This document shows, piece after piece, positions 19,139-28,978 of a stretch of DNA of 64,000 bases. Every line of letters starts with the position of its first letter. The first letter of the stretch is position 1. A program made the translations under genes and the position numbers. Source of the DNA: Burkholderiales bacterium. GTDB lineage: Bacteria; Bacillota; Clostridia; Christensenellales; SZUA-584. Below the pieces are notes generated by a model, which saw only the letters and a program-made list of their open reading frames with translations, was not told where the DNA came from and did not search any database. The stretch spans positions 20,559 through 84,558 of the forward strand of contig JBLNCA010000006.1 of assembly GCA_050260375.1 (NCBI GenBank), in the 5' to 3' direction.

Positions 19139-22099
19139 ATGAAGACGTTTAAAAAAATATTGATGATATTATTTATTGGCGCGGTATTAGCGGGAGTCAT
19201 ATTCTTACTGCCTGATTTGAACGGGCCGGCCGACGCGAGCCCCGCTCCTGCTTCCGAAGTGTCGGGAGTGATCATAAACGAGGTGATGACCAGCAACAAG
19301 GGCATATACCCCGACGACAACGGCAACAGCAGCGACTGGGTTGAGTTTTACAATACTACTGACAACGATATCAGCCTGAATAACTGCGGGCTTTCGGACG
19401 ATGAAACAAAGCCGAACAAATGGCCGTTTCCAAACGTAACCATTAAAGCGCACGGCTATCTTGTCGTGTTTCTTTCCGGCAATTCCAGATACAGCCCCGA
19501 AAATGGCGTGATACACAGCTCGGTTAAATTGAGCTCTCAGGGCGAAAAGCTGATAATGTCGAACGTCGCCGGTAAACCTTTGGATTCCGTCGATATACCC
19601 CAGATGCCCGATAACGTATCCTACGGGCTGGTAAACGGCGAGTGGCAGCAGATGAGCAACATCACGCCCGGCTTTGAAAACAGCGACGCCGGGTATCAGG
19701 CGTTCAGGGCAACGATGACGGTGCCGGATTCGCCTGTAATTATAAACGAAGTAATGCCGTCTAATTACATGACGATAGCGGATTCAAACGGCGTATATAC
19801 CGACTGGGTTGAGATAATCAACAAAAGCGGCGAGGACGTTAATTTATACGGGTACGGGCTCTCCGACGACGTAAACGACCCGCTAAAATGGCGCTTCCCC
19901 GATATTACGCTGAAAGCGGGGCAGCCCTTGCTTGTGTTCTGCTCGGGCATAAAAGCCCCTTACAGCGGAGAAGGGCCTCTTTATGCGGATTTTAAACTGT
20001 CTTCGGCCGGTTCGGCTATAGTGCTTTCCGATATGCAGGGTCGCCTTATGGATAGCGTAGCCGTAGGCGACGTGCCCGCAGACTGGTCGTACGAGCGCGG
20101 CTTAAAAGACGGCGCGCCTTCGGGCGAATGGGCGCAAGGCTGCCAGCCGACGCCGGGCTATCCCAACACGGAGGCGGGGTTTGCCGAGTTCTTAAACAAC
20201 AACCAGCTCGCGCTCGGCGATATCGTTATCTCCGAAGTGCTTACGTCCAATAACGCGGTAGACACGGGCGAGGGTAGCAATAACGATTACATTGAGATAG
20301 AAAATCGCGGAGCTAGCGCCGTAAACCTTAAGGGATACGGCCTTACGGATAACGCGTCCAACCCTGCCAAGTTCCGCTTTCCGGACGTAACATTGCAGCC
20401 GGGAGCCCAGATAAAAGTGCTTGCGACGGGAGTTGACGTAACGGTCGGCCAGGAATTGTGCGCGCCGTTCAAATTAAGCAGGCTGGGTACGACGGTAGCG
20501 CTGTTTAACGCGCAGGACCAGCTTATTGACAGGTACTTTATAGGAACGCTTCCGCAGAACGTTTCAATAGGCAGGGAAGCGGGGCAGACCGCGCTTGCTT
20601 ATTACACGACGCCCACGCCGGGCGCTGCGAATACCGGCGGCAAGGCAGGGTTTGTGGGCAATGTGCAGTTCGACCAGCAGCCCGGCAAATACGACGGGGC
20701 CATACAGCTGTCGCTCTCTTCCGCGGAAGGGGCCGACATATACTACACTACGGACGGCAGCACTCCGTCGCAGAGTTCCAATAAGTACTCGGGGCCTATA
20801 ACGATAGACAAGACGACGCCAATAAGGGCCAAAGCGTTCAGGGAAGGCTACATAGAAAGCCCGGTGGCTACGGGCACGTATTTCATAAGCGCGGCGCATA
20901 CGCTGCCCATTGTTTCGATTGCAACGGATGAACATTTGCTGTTTGACCCGACGACCGGCATATACATGCCGGGGCCTAACGCTACCAAAGACAGCAATGG
21001 TTTTTACAAAAACGCAAATTTCCAGAGCGATAACGAAGTACCCGCATCGTTTGAGGTATACGACGAGGGCGGACAACGGGTGTTTCAGCAGGATATAGGC
21101 CTCGCTATGACAGGAGGGCTGACGCTTTCCCTGAAGGAGCAAAAGTCTTTCGCTATATACGCGCGAAGCCAATATGGTAACAGCACGATGGCGTACCCGT
21201 TCTTCCAAAACCGCGATTTCACCGAGTATAAGTCGCTGATACTGCGCACAGGCGGGCGCGAGGGCTCAATGGTAACAAAGCTTAACACATACGTCGCGCT
21301 GAGCCTTGTGGATGGCAAGATGAACGTACTGACGCAGGCAGCCAAGCCTTGCGTGGTATACATCAACGGCAGATACTGGGGCGTGTACTACATGATGGAG
21401 AAACGCAACAAGTACATGGTAGCGCAGCACGAGGGCGTCACGGACGAGAACGTAATTGACGCAATCAACCTTGCTAAAGGCTTCACTCAGGTTAACAATG
21501 GATCGAGCGAAGGGTATAAGGAGATATACAATTACATAAGCACGCATGATCTGTCGGCAAAGGAGAACTACGATTGGGTCGCCGCGCGGCTTGATACCGA
21601 CAGCTTTATGGACTTCATTATAAACGAGATATACATCGCCAACAACGATGTTGGTAATGTTCAGTTCTATCAGATACCACCGGACGGAAAATGGAAACAG
21701 ATATATCAGGACCTCGATATCTCATTCTATTCGTTCGACACGGTTGCGAAGCGTATGGATCCGAAAACCACCGGGTCGGATATTTTCAACGCGCTGCTGA
21801 AATACAAGCCGTGGAAGGACGCGTTTATAGAGAGGTTCGCCTGGGCGCTTAAGGAAATATATAATACCGAGCGAGTGACCTCTATGATAGACGAAGCGGC
21901 GAACCTGTTGCGCGGTGAGGTTGCGGCGGAGCATCAGCGCTGGAGCGGCGAGCGGCCGACGCCCGAAAAATGGGAAGAGGGCGTGAAAGCTTTGAAGAAT
22001 TTTGCTGCAATACGAGGAAAGGCGGTTGTCAACGATCTGAAGAAGAATCTTTCACTGACGCCGGAGCAGATACAGATGCTCGAGAACGCGGTGAAATAA
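19139..22099 (+). CDS. Membrane-anchored CotH-family kinase with three lamin-tail domains and an Fn3-like domain
   Basis: Three (V/I)I(N/S)EV..SN...DW/YVE repeats, IYYTTDGSTP, YINGRYWGVYYMME, NNDVGN and QDLD motifs. Confidence 0.85.
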   Translation: MKTFKKILMILFIGAVLAGVIFLLPDLNGPADASPAPASEVSGVIINEVMTSNKGIYPDDNGNSSDWVEFYNTTDNDISLNNCGLSDDETKPNKWPFPNVTIKAHGYLVVFLSGNSRYSPENGVIHSSVKLSSQGEKLIMSNVAGKPLDSVDIPQMPDNVSYGLVNGEWQQMSNITPGFENSDAGYQAFRATMTVPDSPVIINEVMPSNYMTIADSNGVYTDWVEIINKSGEDVNLYGYGLSDDVNDPLKWRFPDITLKAGQPLLVFCSGIKAPYSGEGPLYADFKLSSAGSAIVLSDMQGRLMDSVAVGDVPADWSYERGLKDGAPSGEWAQGCQPTPGYPNTEAGFAEFLNNNQLALGDIVISEVLTSNNAVDTGEGSNNDYIEIENRGASAVNLKGYGLTDNASNPAKFRFPDVTLQPGAQIKVLATGVDVTVGQELCAPFKLSRLGTTVALFNAQDQLIDRYFIGTLPQNVSIGREAGQTALAYYTTPTPGAANTGGKAGFVGNVQFDQQPGKYDGAIQLSLSSAEGADIYYTTDGSTPSQSSNKYSGPITIDKTTPIRAKAFREGYIESPVATGTYFISAAHTLPIVSIATDEHLLFDPTTGIYMPGPNATKDSNGFYKNANFQSDNEVPASFEVYDEGGQRVFQQDIGLAMTGGLTLSLKEQKSFAIYARSQYGNSTMAYPFFQNRDFTEYKSLILRTGGREGSMVTKLNTYVALSLVDGKMNVLTQAAKPCVVYINGRYWGVYYMMEKRNKYMVAQHEGVTDENVIDAINLAKGFTQVNNGSSEGYKEIYNYISTHDLSAKENYDWVAARLDTDSFMDFIINEIYIANNDVGNVQFYQIPPDGKWKQIYQDLDISFYSFDTVAKRMDPKTTGSDIFNALLKYKPWKDAFIERFAWALKEIYNTERVTSMIDEAANLLRGEVAAEHQRWSGERPTPEKWEEGVKALKNFAAIRGKAVVNDLKKNLSLTPEQIQMLENAVK

Positions 22100-22181
22100 C
22101 TTGTGAGGCGTATACAGCGCGTCTTTTCAATCAAGGAAGATAATTGGGCAAAATTGGGTAGTGGTGAGAATGTAGGAGTGT

Positions 22182-22991
22182 ATGAGTAAGCAAAAGCCGC
22201 AGGAGAACTCGAAGAACGGGAGGAACGGCCAGAAAAAGCGTTACCGGTTTAACGCGAAAAAGTTTGCCACCACAATGTCGGTGCTGTGTTTTATAGTGGC
22301 GGGCGCAATTATCGCGGCGCATTATATAGGCGAAAGCGGCGGTATCGGAGCTATAGCGGCTCTTGACAACCCGCAGCGGACGGCAAAGGCAGGCGCGCAG
22401 GCGAGCGGCGAAGCTGCGAAAGGGCTTGCAGGCAAAAGCGTAGTCGTAGACGCCGGGCACGGGGGATTCGACCCGGGCACTATAGGCTCAAACGGCGCCG
22501 AGGAGGACGATGTCAACCTCGCCGTCTCTAAATTCTTAAAGGCCGAGCTGGAAGACAGAGGCGCCAAAGTTATAATGACGCGCAGCGACGAAAACGCTAT
22601 TGCGGATACAAAGGACGCCGACATGGAAAAACGGCGCGTAATAATACGCGACAGCGGATCGGATATAGTCGTCAGCGTGCATATGAATTCCTTTAAGGAC
22701 GAAAGCGTGTCCGGCCCGCTGGTATTGTTCATGACTGGCTCCGCTAAGGGAAAAGCGCTTGCGGAATGCATACAGCAGCGCTTAAACGACGAGCTTGGGC
22801 CGGAATCAAAGGGAGCAGCGCGCTCCGAGAACTTGCATGTTTTAAGAGCGGGAAGCCAGCCGAGCGTGTTGGTGGAGTGCGGCTTTTTAAGCAACCCGGA
22901 AGAAGAGAAAAAGCTGCTTACCGAGGATTACCAGAAAAAAGTCGCAAAAGCGATATGCAACGGCATAGAAGACTATTTTGGCAATCAATAG
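22182..22991 (+). CDS. N-acetylmuramoyl-L-alanine amidase (Amidase_3, CwlD-like)
   Basis: VDAGHGGFDPG, SVHMNS and VLVECGFLSNPEE motifs; N-terminal TM segment. Confidence 0.9.
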   Translation: MSKQKPQENSKNGRNGQKKRYRFNAKKFATTMSVLCFIVAGAIIAAHYIGESGGIGAIAALDNPQRTAKAGAQASGEAAKGLAGKSVVVDAGHGGFDPGTIGSNGAEEDDVNLAVSKFLKAELEDRGAKVIMTRSDENAIADTKDADMEKRRVIIRDSGSDIVVSVHMNSFKDESVSGPLVLFMTGSAKGKALAECIQQRLNDELGPESKGAARSENLHVLRAGSQPSVLVECGFLSNPEEEKKLLTEDYQKKVAKAICNGIEDYFGNQ

Positions 22992-23000
22992 CTTTTAAAA

Positions 23001-23891
23001 TTACATATTAGTACTTGTCTTTAGCTTGAGCATCACGACTTCGGGAGGGTCGAATATCCTCAAAGGAAACAGGCTGTTGCCTAGGCCTCTGCTTACAACC
23101 AGCGCCATGCCGTATTTATGATACATTCCGCTCGTATACTTTGGAAGCACGCCCTGCCCGGGAGCGTACAGCCCTCCTAAAAACGGCAGCCGCATCTGTC
23201 CGCCGTGCGCGTGGCCGGACAAAACTATATCTATGCCGCAGCCGGAAAACAGTCTTATAAGCTCAGGCCGGTGCGTCAGCAGTATGTTGAGAGAGGATTC
23301 ATGCCCTGCCGTCAAATCTTTAAGCGCACTCTGCAGACGCAGTTTTGCCTTTTCCTTTTCCGCCGCTGTTTCATAGCCGTAATACGATATGTCGGGCAAG
23401 CCGAAAAGCCTTATGCAGCCGCCTTCTTGGTTTATTGCCACAGACTTGGCGTCAAGCATGTTTACGCCCGCTTCTTTCAGCTGAGCAAAAAGCTCTTTGC
23501 ATCTGCGCGATTTTATCTCGTGATTGCCCGTGACAAAATATACTGGGGCGAGATTTACGGCTCCGCGTATGAAATCCATAGCTGTTTTTATATCCGTACG
23601 CCGCCGGTCTATCAAATCTCCCGTGACGGTTATTATGTCGGGTCGCTCTTTTTTTACAAGGCGGATAAGCCTCGATTGCCTGCCGCCAAAATCGTGGTTG
23701 TGCAGGTCGGATATGTGCGCTATCTTAAAGCCGTAAAGCTGCTGAGGCACTTTCGCGCCCGTGTATTCGATATTCGTGACGTTAAGGGAGTTGTTGCCGA
23801 TATAGGCGTAAGCGCGCCTGTGCAAAACGTTGCGGCTTAGGGCATCGGGCTTTATTTTATTGTCGATGAAAATGCTGTCGTTCTTAACCAT
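23001..23891 (-). CDS. Calcineurin-like metallophosphoesterase (YkuE-like)
   Basis: SDLH, TGDLID, GNHE and SGHAHGGQ motifs; start chosen at ATG 23891. Confidence 0.88.
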   Translation of the reverse strand: MVKNDSIFIDNKIKPDALSRNVLHRRAYAYIGNNSLNVTNIEYTGAKVPQQLYGFKIAHISDLHNHDFGGRQSRLIRLVKKERPDIITVTGDLIDRRRTDIKTAMDFIRGAVNLAPVYFVTGNHEIKSRRCKELFAQLKEAGVNMLDAKSVAINQEGGCIRLFGLPDISYYGYETAAEKEKAKLRLQSALKDLTAGHESSLNILLTHRPELIRLFSGCGIDIVLSGHAHGGQMRLPFLGGLYAPGQGVLPKYTSGMYHKYGMALVVSRGLGNSLFPLRIFDPPEVVMLKLKTSTNM

Positions 23892-24127
23892 TCCCAATAT
23901 TATATTACAAAAACATCTATTTGTGAAACAGCTGAAAATAAACTGCACGCCGGCGGGAAGGCCGTGAAAGAACTTGCCATGGATCTCGCCCGGTTATATA
24001 ATCGGATTATAATAAAATCAATCATTTTTGATCCACGCTAACAGGCATCATATAAGGCTAAGCTGCTAAATACATAAAGACAGCGATAATGACCCTTTCA
24101 TTTATAAAACGAAAGGAGGAGATATTA

Positions 24128-24766
24128 ATGTGGTTTGGTGCATGGGATAACGCGGGCGCGGCCGAACGGGCGAAAGAAGCGGTGAGAAGCGTCGGAAACT
24201 TCAACTGGACTTTCATTGCGCTGCTGGCTTTTGTATTTTACGTGTACGCAACGGAGCTGTCGCGCAAGAACTACCGGGCGATAGTAGCAGGGCTTGCACT
24301 TTATATGGTGCACTGGTTTTACGAGATAATGAACGCCGTTATATGTGCGGCCACCGGCTATGCGCTGTGGACGGTCTCCCCAGAAAGTACCAGTTTCATA
24401 TTGCTTATAGGGGTAAGCTGGGAGCTGTCGATGATGTTCGCCGTAGCGGGCGTGATAACGAGCAAGCTGCTTTTGGACGATCCGAAAAAGAAGATACTGG
24501 GCATAAACAACCGAATATTCTTTGCGATTGTCAACGCCGCGTTTTTCAGCGCCGTGGAAATCTTTCTGGCAACCACGCCGGCGTTTATATGGGTATATCC
24601 CTGGTGGGGCGCAATACCGGTATTCATCACCACCTATATACCGTTTTTTCTGGCGGCATTTCTGGTGCCCGACGCAAAGCCGCGTACGCAGAAGATATTT
24701 GTGGGCGGGCTGGCGGCGGTAAACGCGCTGCTTTTGGCTGTGCTGATACCGCTCGGGATAATATAA
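24128..24766 (+). CDS. Polytopic membrane protein of unknown function
   Basis: AAGGAGG RBS, about 6 hydrophobic segments, downstream hairpin at about 24788-24822. Confidence 0.75.
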   Translation: MWFGAWDNAGAAERAKEAVRSVGNFNWTFIALLAFVFYVYATELSRKNYRAIVAGLALYMVHWFYEIMNAVICAATGYALWTVSPESTSFILLIGVSWELSMMFAVAGVITSKLLLDDPKKKILGINNRIFFAIVNAAFFSAVEIFLATTPAFIWVYPWWGAIPVFITTYIPFFLAAFLVPDAKPRTQKIFVGGLAAVNALLLAVLIPLGII

Positions 24767-24789
24767 GTCCTTTTTGGCTCATAAACGAT

Positions 24790-25440
24790 AAAAGTACCTT
24801 TATGACGAAAGGGGCTTTTATTGTTTTGCTTCAGCTTAAGCCTATTACGCCCGTTGTAAACCAACGTTCCGGTATTTGCGTCCGGAGTATCGATGCATAC
24901 CGCAATAATGTAATATCCCGCGCTGTCCAAAAGCTCTATATTGCCCTGCTCGTCCGGCTTTATTACTGGCATTGAAAAATCCAGACTGCCGGTTTTTTGT
25001 AAACATCCCATGAGTCTTTCGTCAAATGTGAAAAATAACACCGGATCTCAGCATCTTCGGGAAAGCCCTTCTCTGAAGCAAGGCTCACTATGACGCCTGC
25101 CGGAAGACGCTGGCCTTCATATATAAAGTTAGAACACAACGCATAAACGCTTAAAGACTTAAACAGCTCTTGAGGCGAAACGTCCTTGAAAAAGCCAGCA
25201 AAATCAAATGGCAGTTCATTTTCACCGTATTGCAGCGATATCATGCCGATCTTTTCACCGGCGCTTACCTCTTCCGGCCCCGTCATCGGGTTGTACTGGC
25301 TCAACGAGGCCTAGCGGACACCCGGGTCTTCCACATCCTTATAAGGGGGTATAGACATGCTTTGAAGCATCTCGGCGGCATAGTCTGCGTATTTACCGCC
25401 TTCGTTATTCAGCCCGAAGGAGGCGGGCATATCCTTAAGC
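24790..25440 (-). pseudogene. Probable degraded gene remnant (in-frame TAG plus apparent frameshift)
   Basis: ORFs 25311-25601 and 24963-25304 share a frame and are separated by one TAG; protein-like sequence continues in another frame (ORF 24634-25041). Boundaries are approximate. Confidence 0.5.
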
Positions 25441-25470
25441 GTTGCTTCGTGAGGAGAAGGAGGAAGCAAC

Positions 25471-25498
25471 CGGGGCCCCGTACGGTTTGGACGGGGTG
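25471..25498 (+). repeat. Shortened copy of the palindromic repeat family
   Basis: cggggccccgt-acggtttgg-acggggtg. Confidence 0.55.
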
Positions 25499-25615
25499 GA
25501 AGGAAACGGTACGGAAAATCACGTAAAGGGTATGCTTTTCCCAAAAAAGAAAGAGCCTTTTTTAAGACTCTTTTCTTTTGTAAATTTATATTTCCAGGCA
25601 TTAAAGCTTGCCCTG

Positions 25616-27142
25616 TTAAATATTCTGCAGCCTCTCAAAGAACCCATGCAGTTCAACCATATACTTTTCATAGATATCCATGTATTTCGCATAGATTGCC
25701 TTTTTATTCATGTCGGGATTGAATTCCTTTTCAACTTTTACATGGGCCTTTGCCGTCTCCTTTAAATCGCTGAACACGCCAATGGCATTTCCGGCGAGCA
25801 ATGCCGCGCCCCACATGGCCACATCTTCCCTGTTAAGCACATGATACGTCTTCCCCTGTACGTCTGCGCAAATTTGCGTCCATACAGGCGACTTTGCGCC
25901 TCCGCCAATGATGCGTATCACATCCAGTTTATATTCCGGATACAGCCTTTCGATGCTGCGAATGGCAAGCGCAAAATCATAGGAAAAGCTCTCCAGCAAA
26001 GCGCGATAGAAATGTTCCTTTTTGTGGCTCCAGTCGTGTCCCATCCAAAGCCCTCTTAAAGCCCCGTCCAGCGGCATGCTGCTTCCGCCCAGAAGCCCAA
26101 GCGCCATCACGCCGTCGCAGCCGGATGGAATTTTGGCGACTTCTTCTTCCATCTGGGCATACATTTCTTTTGTGCTGACGCCTTCCTGCCTGACAAACGT
26201 ATTCATAAACCAGTCGAGGGTAATGCCCGAGCCTGCCACGAAATGAGTCGCAAAGTATTCGCCCGGGACCGCCGAAGGTATAACATCCAAACGCCTTTCC
26301 TCGAAGTCAGGGCGGTATTCCTCTACGCAGCAGCTTACCTCGCCGTATGACGACGCTTCAAAAATCATGTCCCCAGGCGTTACTATAGCCGAACCCAGAC
26401 AACCGGCCGGCTTGTCTCCCGCGCCTGATACCAATGGAATACCCGCCTTTAATCCGGTCTCTTTTGCGCTGCTTTCCGACAGGTAACCGCAGATGTCATT
26501 CGAATTTACGATTCTCGGCAGATATTTTGTATCCAGCTGTATGGCGTCGCATATTTCTTCAGACCATTTATCTTTTCTCACATCCGCCAGACCGGTCCAT
26601 TGCGTAAATGTACGGTCTATTACGGCGTCCTCTATCGGCAGATCCCCCAGTTTGCCTATCACATAGCCCGAAATCATCAAATACTTTGCAATTCTTTTGC
26701 TCTCAGCCGGGAACTCCGTTTTGAACCACTCGTATTTCGGAGCCATCTGCGGGAAGTTTGTTCCGCTGATCCCCAGGAATTGATCCTTCAATTGTGCCAT
26801 CTGGCGCTTTGCATAAGGCATATACCGGCTGTCCAGAGAGCAGGACCATGTTGTGATATCGTTCCAGTGTTCGTCAACGCCCATAAAACCTGACATCTGG
26901 CCCGTAAATGCCATTGCTCCAATATTTTTTGCTTTGTCCCCGAGTATCGCGGCCACTTTTTTAATGCATGCAAGAACGGATGCAAACAGCTCTTCACCCT
27001 TTTGAATAAACACGCCCGGACTTGGACGGTAGTCTTTTACAGGTTCAATTTCCACTGCGATGCATTCGCTGTCTGTATTATAAACACCCACCTTGATAAA
27101 GCTTGTTCCCAGGTCTACAGCCATAAGCAATATGTCTTTCAT
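25616..27142 (-). CDS. FGGY-family carbohydrate kinase (xylulokinase-like)
   Basis: AVDLGTSFIK, FTGQMSG, GAGDKPAG and IGGGAKS..WTQICADV motifs; AGGAGG RBS. Confidence 0.9.
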   Translation of the reverse strand: MKDILLMAVDLGTSFIKVGVYNTDSECIAVEIEPVKDYRPSPGVFIQKGEELFASVLACIKKVAAILGDKAKNIGAMAFTGQMSGFMGVDEHWNDITTWSCSLDSRYMPYAKRQMAQLKDQFLGISGTNFPQMAPKYEWFKTEFPAESKRIAKYLMISGYVIGKLGDLPIEDAVIDRTFTQWTGLADVRKDKWSEEICDAIQLDTKYLPRIVNSNDICGYLSESSAKETGLKAGIPLVSGAGDKPAGCLGSAIVTPGDMIFEASSYGEVSCCVEEYRPDFEERRLDVIPSAVPGEYFATHFVAGSGITLDWFMNTFVRQEGVSTKEMYAQMEEEVAKIPSGCDGVMALGLLGGSSMPLDGALRGLWMGHDWSHKKEHFYRALLESFSYDFALAIRSIERLYPEYKLDVIRIIGGGAKSPVWTQICADVQGKTYHVLNREDVAMWGAALLAGNAIGVFSDLKETAKAHVKVEKEFNPDMNKKAIYAKYMDIYEKYMVELHGFFERLQNI

Positions 27143-27304
27143 TTGTCCTTTCCTCCTACAAAAAAGATATATTCTGCTGATTAATGCCCTGCAGTCTTGA
27201 CAGCGCATGATCAGTTAATCCTGGGTTCTCTCAATCTCCGCACCGCTATGGTCAGCAATCGGCATCACCACCATGCCGTTTTAGCTGCTCAATTGCGGTC
27301 CGTT

Positions 27305-28945
27305 TTACATTGAAAGGCGCATTGCGTTACTAGCCTCATCGTTTGCCGTTACGTACCCCGAACGATACTGTGACGGCGTCACACCTTCCAGATTCTTGAA
27401 CACCGTGGAAAAATACTGGACATTGGTATATCCCACGGCGGAAGCCACATCGTAAAGTTTCATGGATCTGTCGGCCAGCAGCCGTTTGGCGTTGTCCACG
27501 CGTACGCGCATAAGGTAATTGGTAAATGTGACGCCTGTTTCCTCCTTAAACAGCTTGCAGAAATAAGAGGCGTTCAGGTAGAAAGCGGCGGCAACGTCGC
27601 TCATAGAAAGAGACTGCGCGTAATTTTCGTTGATGTAAGCGATTATCTTGTCTATCAACCAATGGCGCTTGCTGTTGAAAAAGCTCTGATACTGTTCGAT
27701 CAATATGTTGAGCAGGCTTTGCAGCTGGCTTTGCATTTTATCCGTTGAATGCAAAGCGGACGCCTGGTCAATGTAATCCAGACAGATTTTAATCACTTCC
27801 TCCGATACCGGCAGGAAGGGCAGACACCCTTTAAACAGGCTGTTCAGCACATTAAGGTACAGAAGCTTTATTTGGAGCGACGTCGGCGTGCCTTCGGACT
27901 GGTTCAAAAAGTCGGCAATAAGGTCTGCCAGCAGCGATGTTGACTCACCGGCGTCGCCCTTGCGTATCGCTGCGATCAGTGATTTTAAATTGTATTCCTC
28001 GTACACCACCTGAAAGCTGTTGGCGTGCTCTTCGGATATGCCCGCATCCGTCTGCTGAGAGCGGCACAGGTTGATGTTGTAGCGCGCCTTGCGGTAAGAC
28101 TGGCACAGGTCCGACAGCTTGCCTGCAACGGAACCGATGCCATAGGCGATGCGTACGGCATGCAGCTCCTTGATCTGCTTTTTGGATATGTTCAGCGCGT
28201 TGGCCGCGGCTGCCGTAAAATCTTCTGCGGGAAGGTCGCTGAACACCAGATAGACGTTAACCTCGTCCACCCAGAAATCCATCACTTCCCCGAAACAGGC
28301 GCTCAGCTGGTTTTTAATGATTTTGCTGACGCTGAAGCCTACCAGCGTCTCTTCCACATCGCTTTCGGAACCCGCATGCTGCACGGGGTGTATGTGCGCG
28401 ATGATACACATCGCGGAGCTGGTGGGGAACACGACCCCCAGCTCGTACAAATGCGATTCCGACACCTTGTTGAAGTCCAGCTTGCCCAACAGCAGGTCAA
28501 TATATATCTTTTCGCGGAGCAGGTTAGAAGAGCTTGATAAGAGGTCGAGCACCTGCTGGTTGTATTTCTTCTTTTCCAGCGTGGCGATACACTTGGACAC
28601 GGCTTTTTTAAGATCGTCCTCCTCGATGGGCTTGAGCAGGTAGTCCACCGCACCGAAGCGTACAGCGCTCTGCGCGTACTCAAATTCGTTGTAGCCGCTT
28701 ATAAGTATGATCTGCGGGAACATACCGCTTTCGTTCAGTGTTTTCATCAGCTCGATGCCGGAGAGCTCAGGCATTTCGATGTCGGTGATTATGATGTCCG
28801 GCTCATGGGCCGAAGCCAAGGCGAACGCCTTAGCGCCGTCTTCCGCTTCATATACCTCCGATATGCCCAGCTTTTCCCAATCTATCGTCAGAATAAGCCG
28901 CTTGCGGAGCCATGGCTCGTCATCGGCAATCAGCAGTTTATACAT
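27305..28945 (-). CDS. YesN-like response regulator (receiver plus AraC HTH)
   Basis: IADDE, TDIEMP and DYLLKP motifs; C-terminal YFCKLFK..G and VGY.NVQYFSTVFK. Confidence 0.93.
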   Translation of the reverse strand: MYKLLIADDEPWLRKRLILTIDWEKLGISEVYEAEDGAKAFALASAHEPDIIITDIEMPELSGIELMKTLNESGMFPQIILISGYNEFEYAQSAVRFGAVDYLLKPIEEDDLKKAVSKCIATLEKKKYNQQVLDLLSSSSNLLREKIYIDLLLGKLDFNKVSESHLYELGVVFPTSSAMCIIAHIHPVQHAGSESDVEETLVGFSVSKIIKNQLSACFGEVMDFWVDEVNVYLVFSDLPAEDFTAAAANALNISKKQIKELHAVRIAYGIGSVAGKLSDLCQSYRKARYNINLCRSQQTDAGISEEHANSFQVVYEEYNLKSLIAAIRKGDAGESTSLLADLIADFLNQSEGTPTSLQIKLLYLNVLNSLFKGCLPFLPVSEEVIKICLDYIDQASALHSTDKMQSQLQSLLNILIEQYQSFFNSKRHWLIDKIIAYINENYAQSLSMSDVAAAFYLNASYFCKLFKEETGVTFTNYLMRVRVDNAKRLLADRSMKLYDVASAVGYTNVQYFSTVFKNLEGVTPSQYRSGYVTANDEASNAMRLSM

Positions 28946-28978
28946 AATTCTAACCTCCAAACTTAAAGAAGCGCGGCG

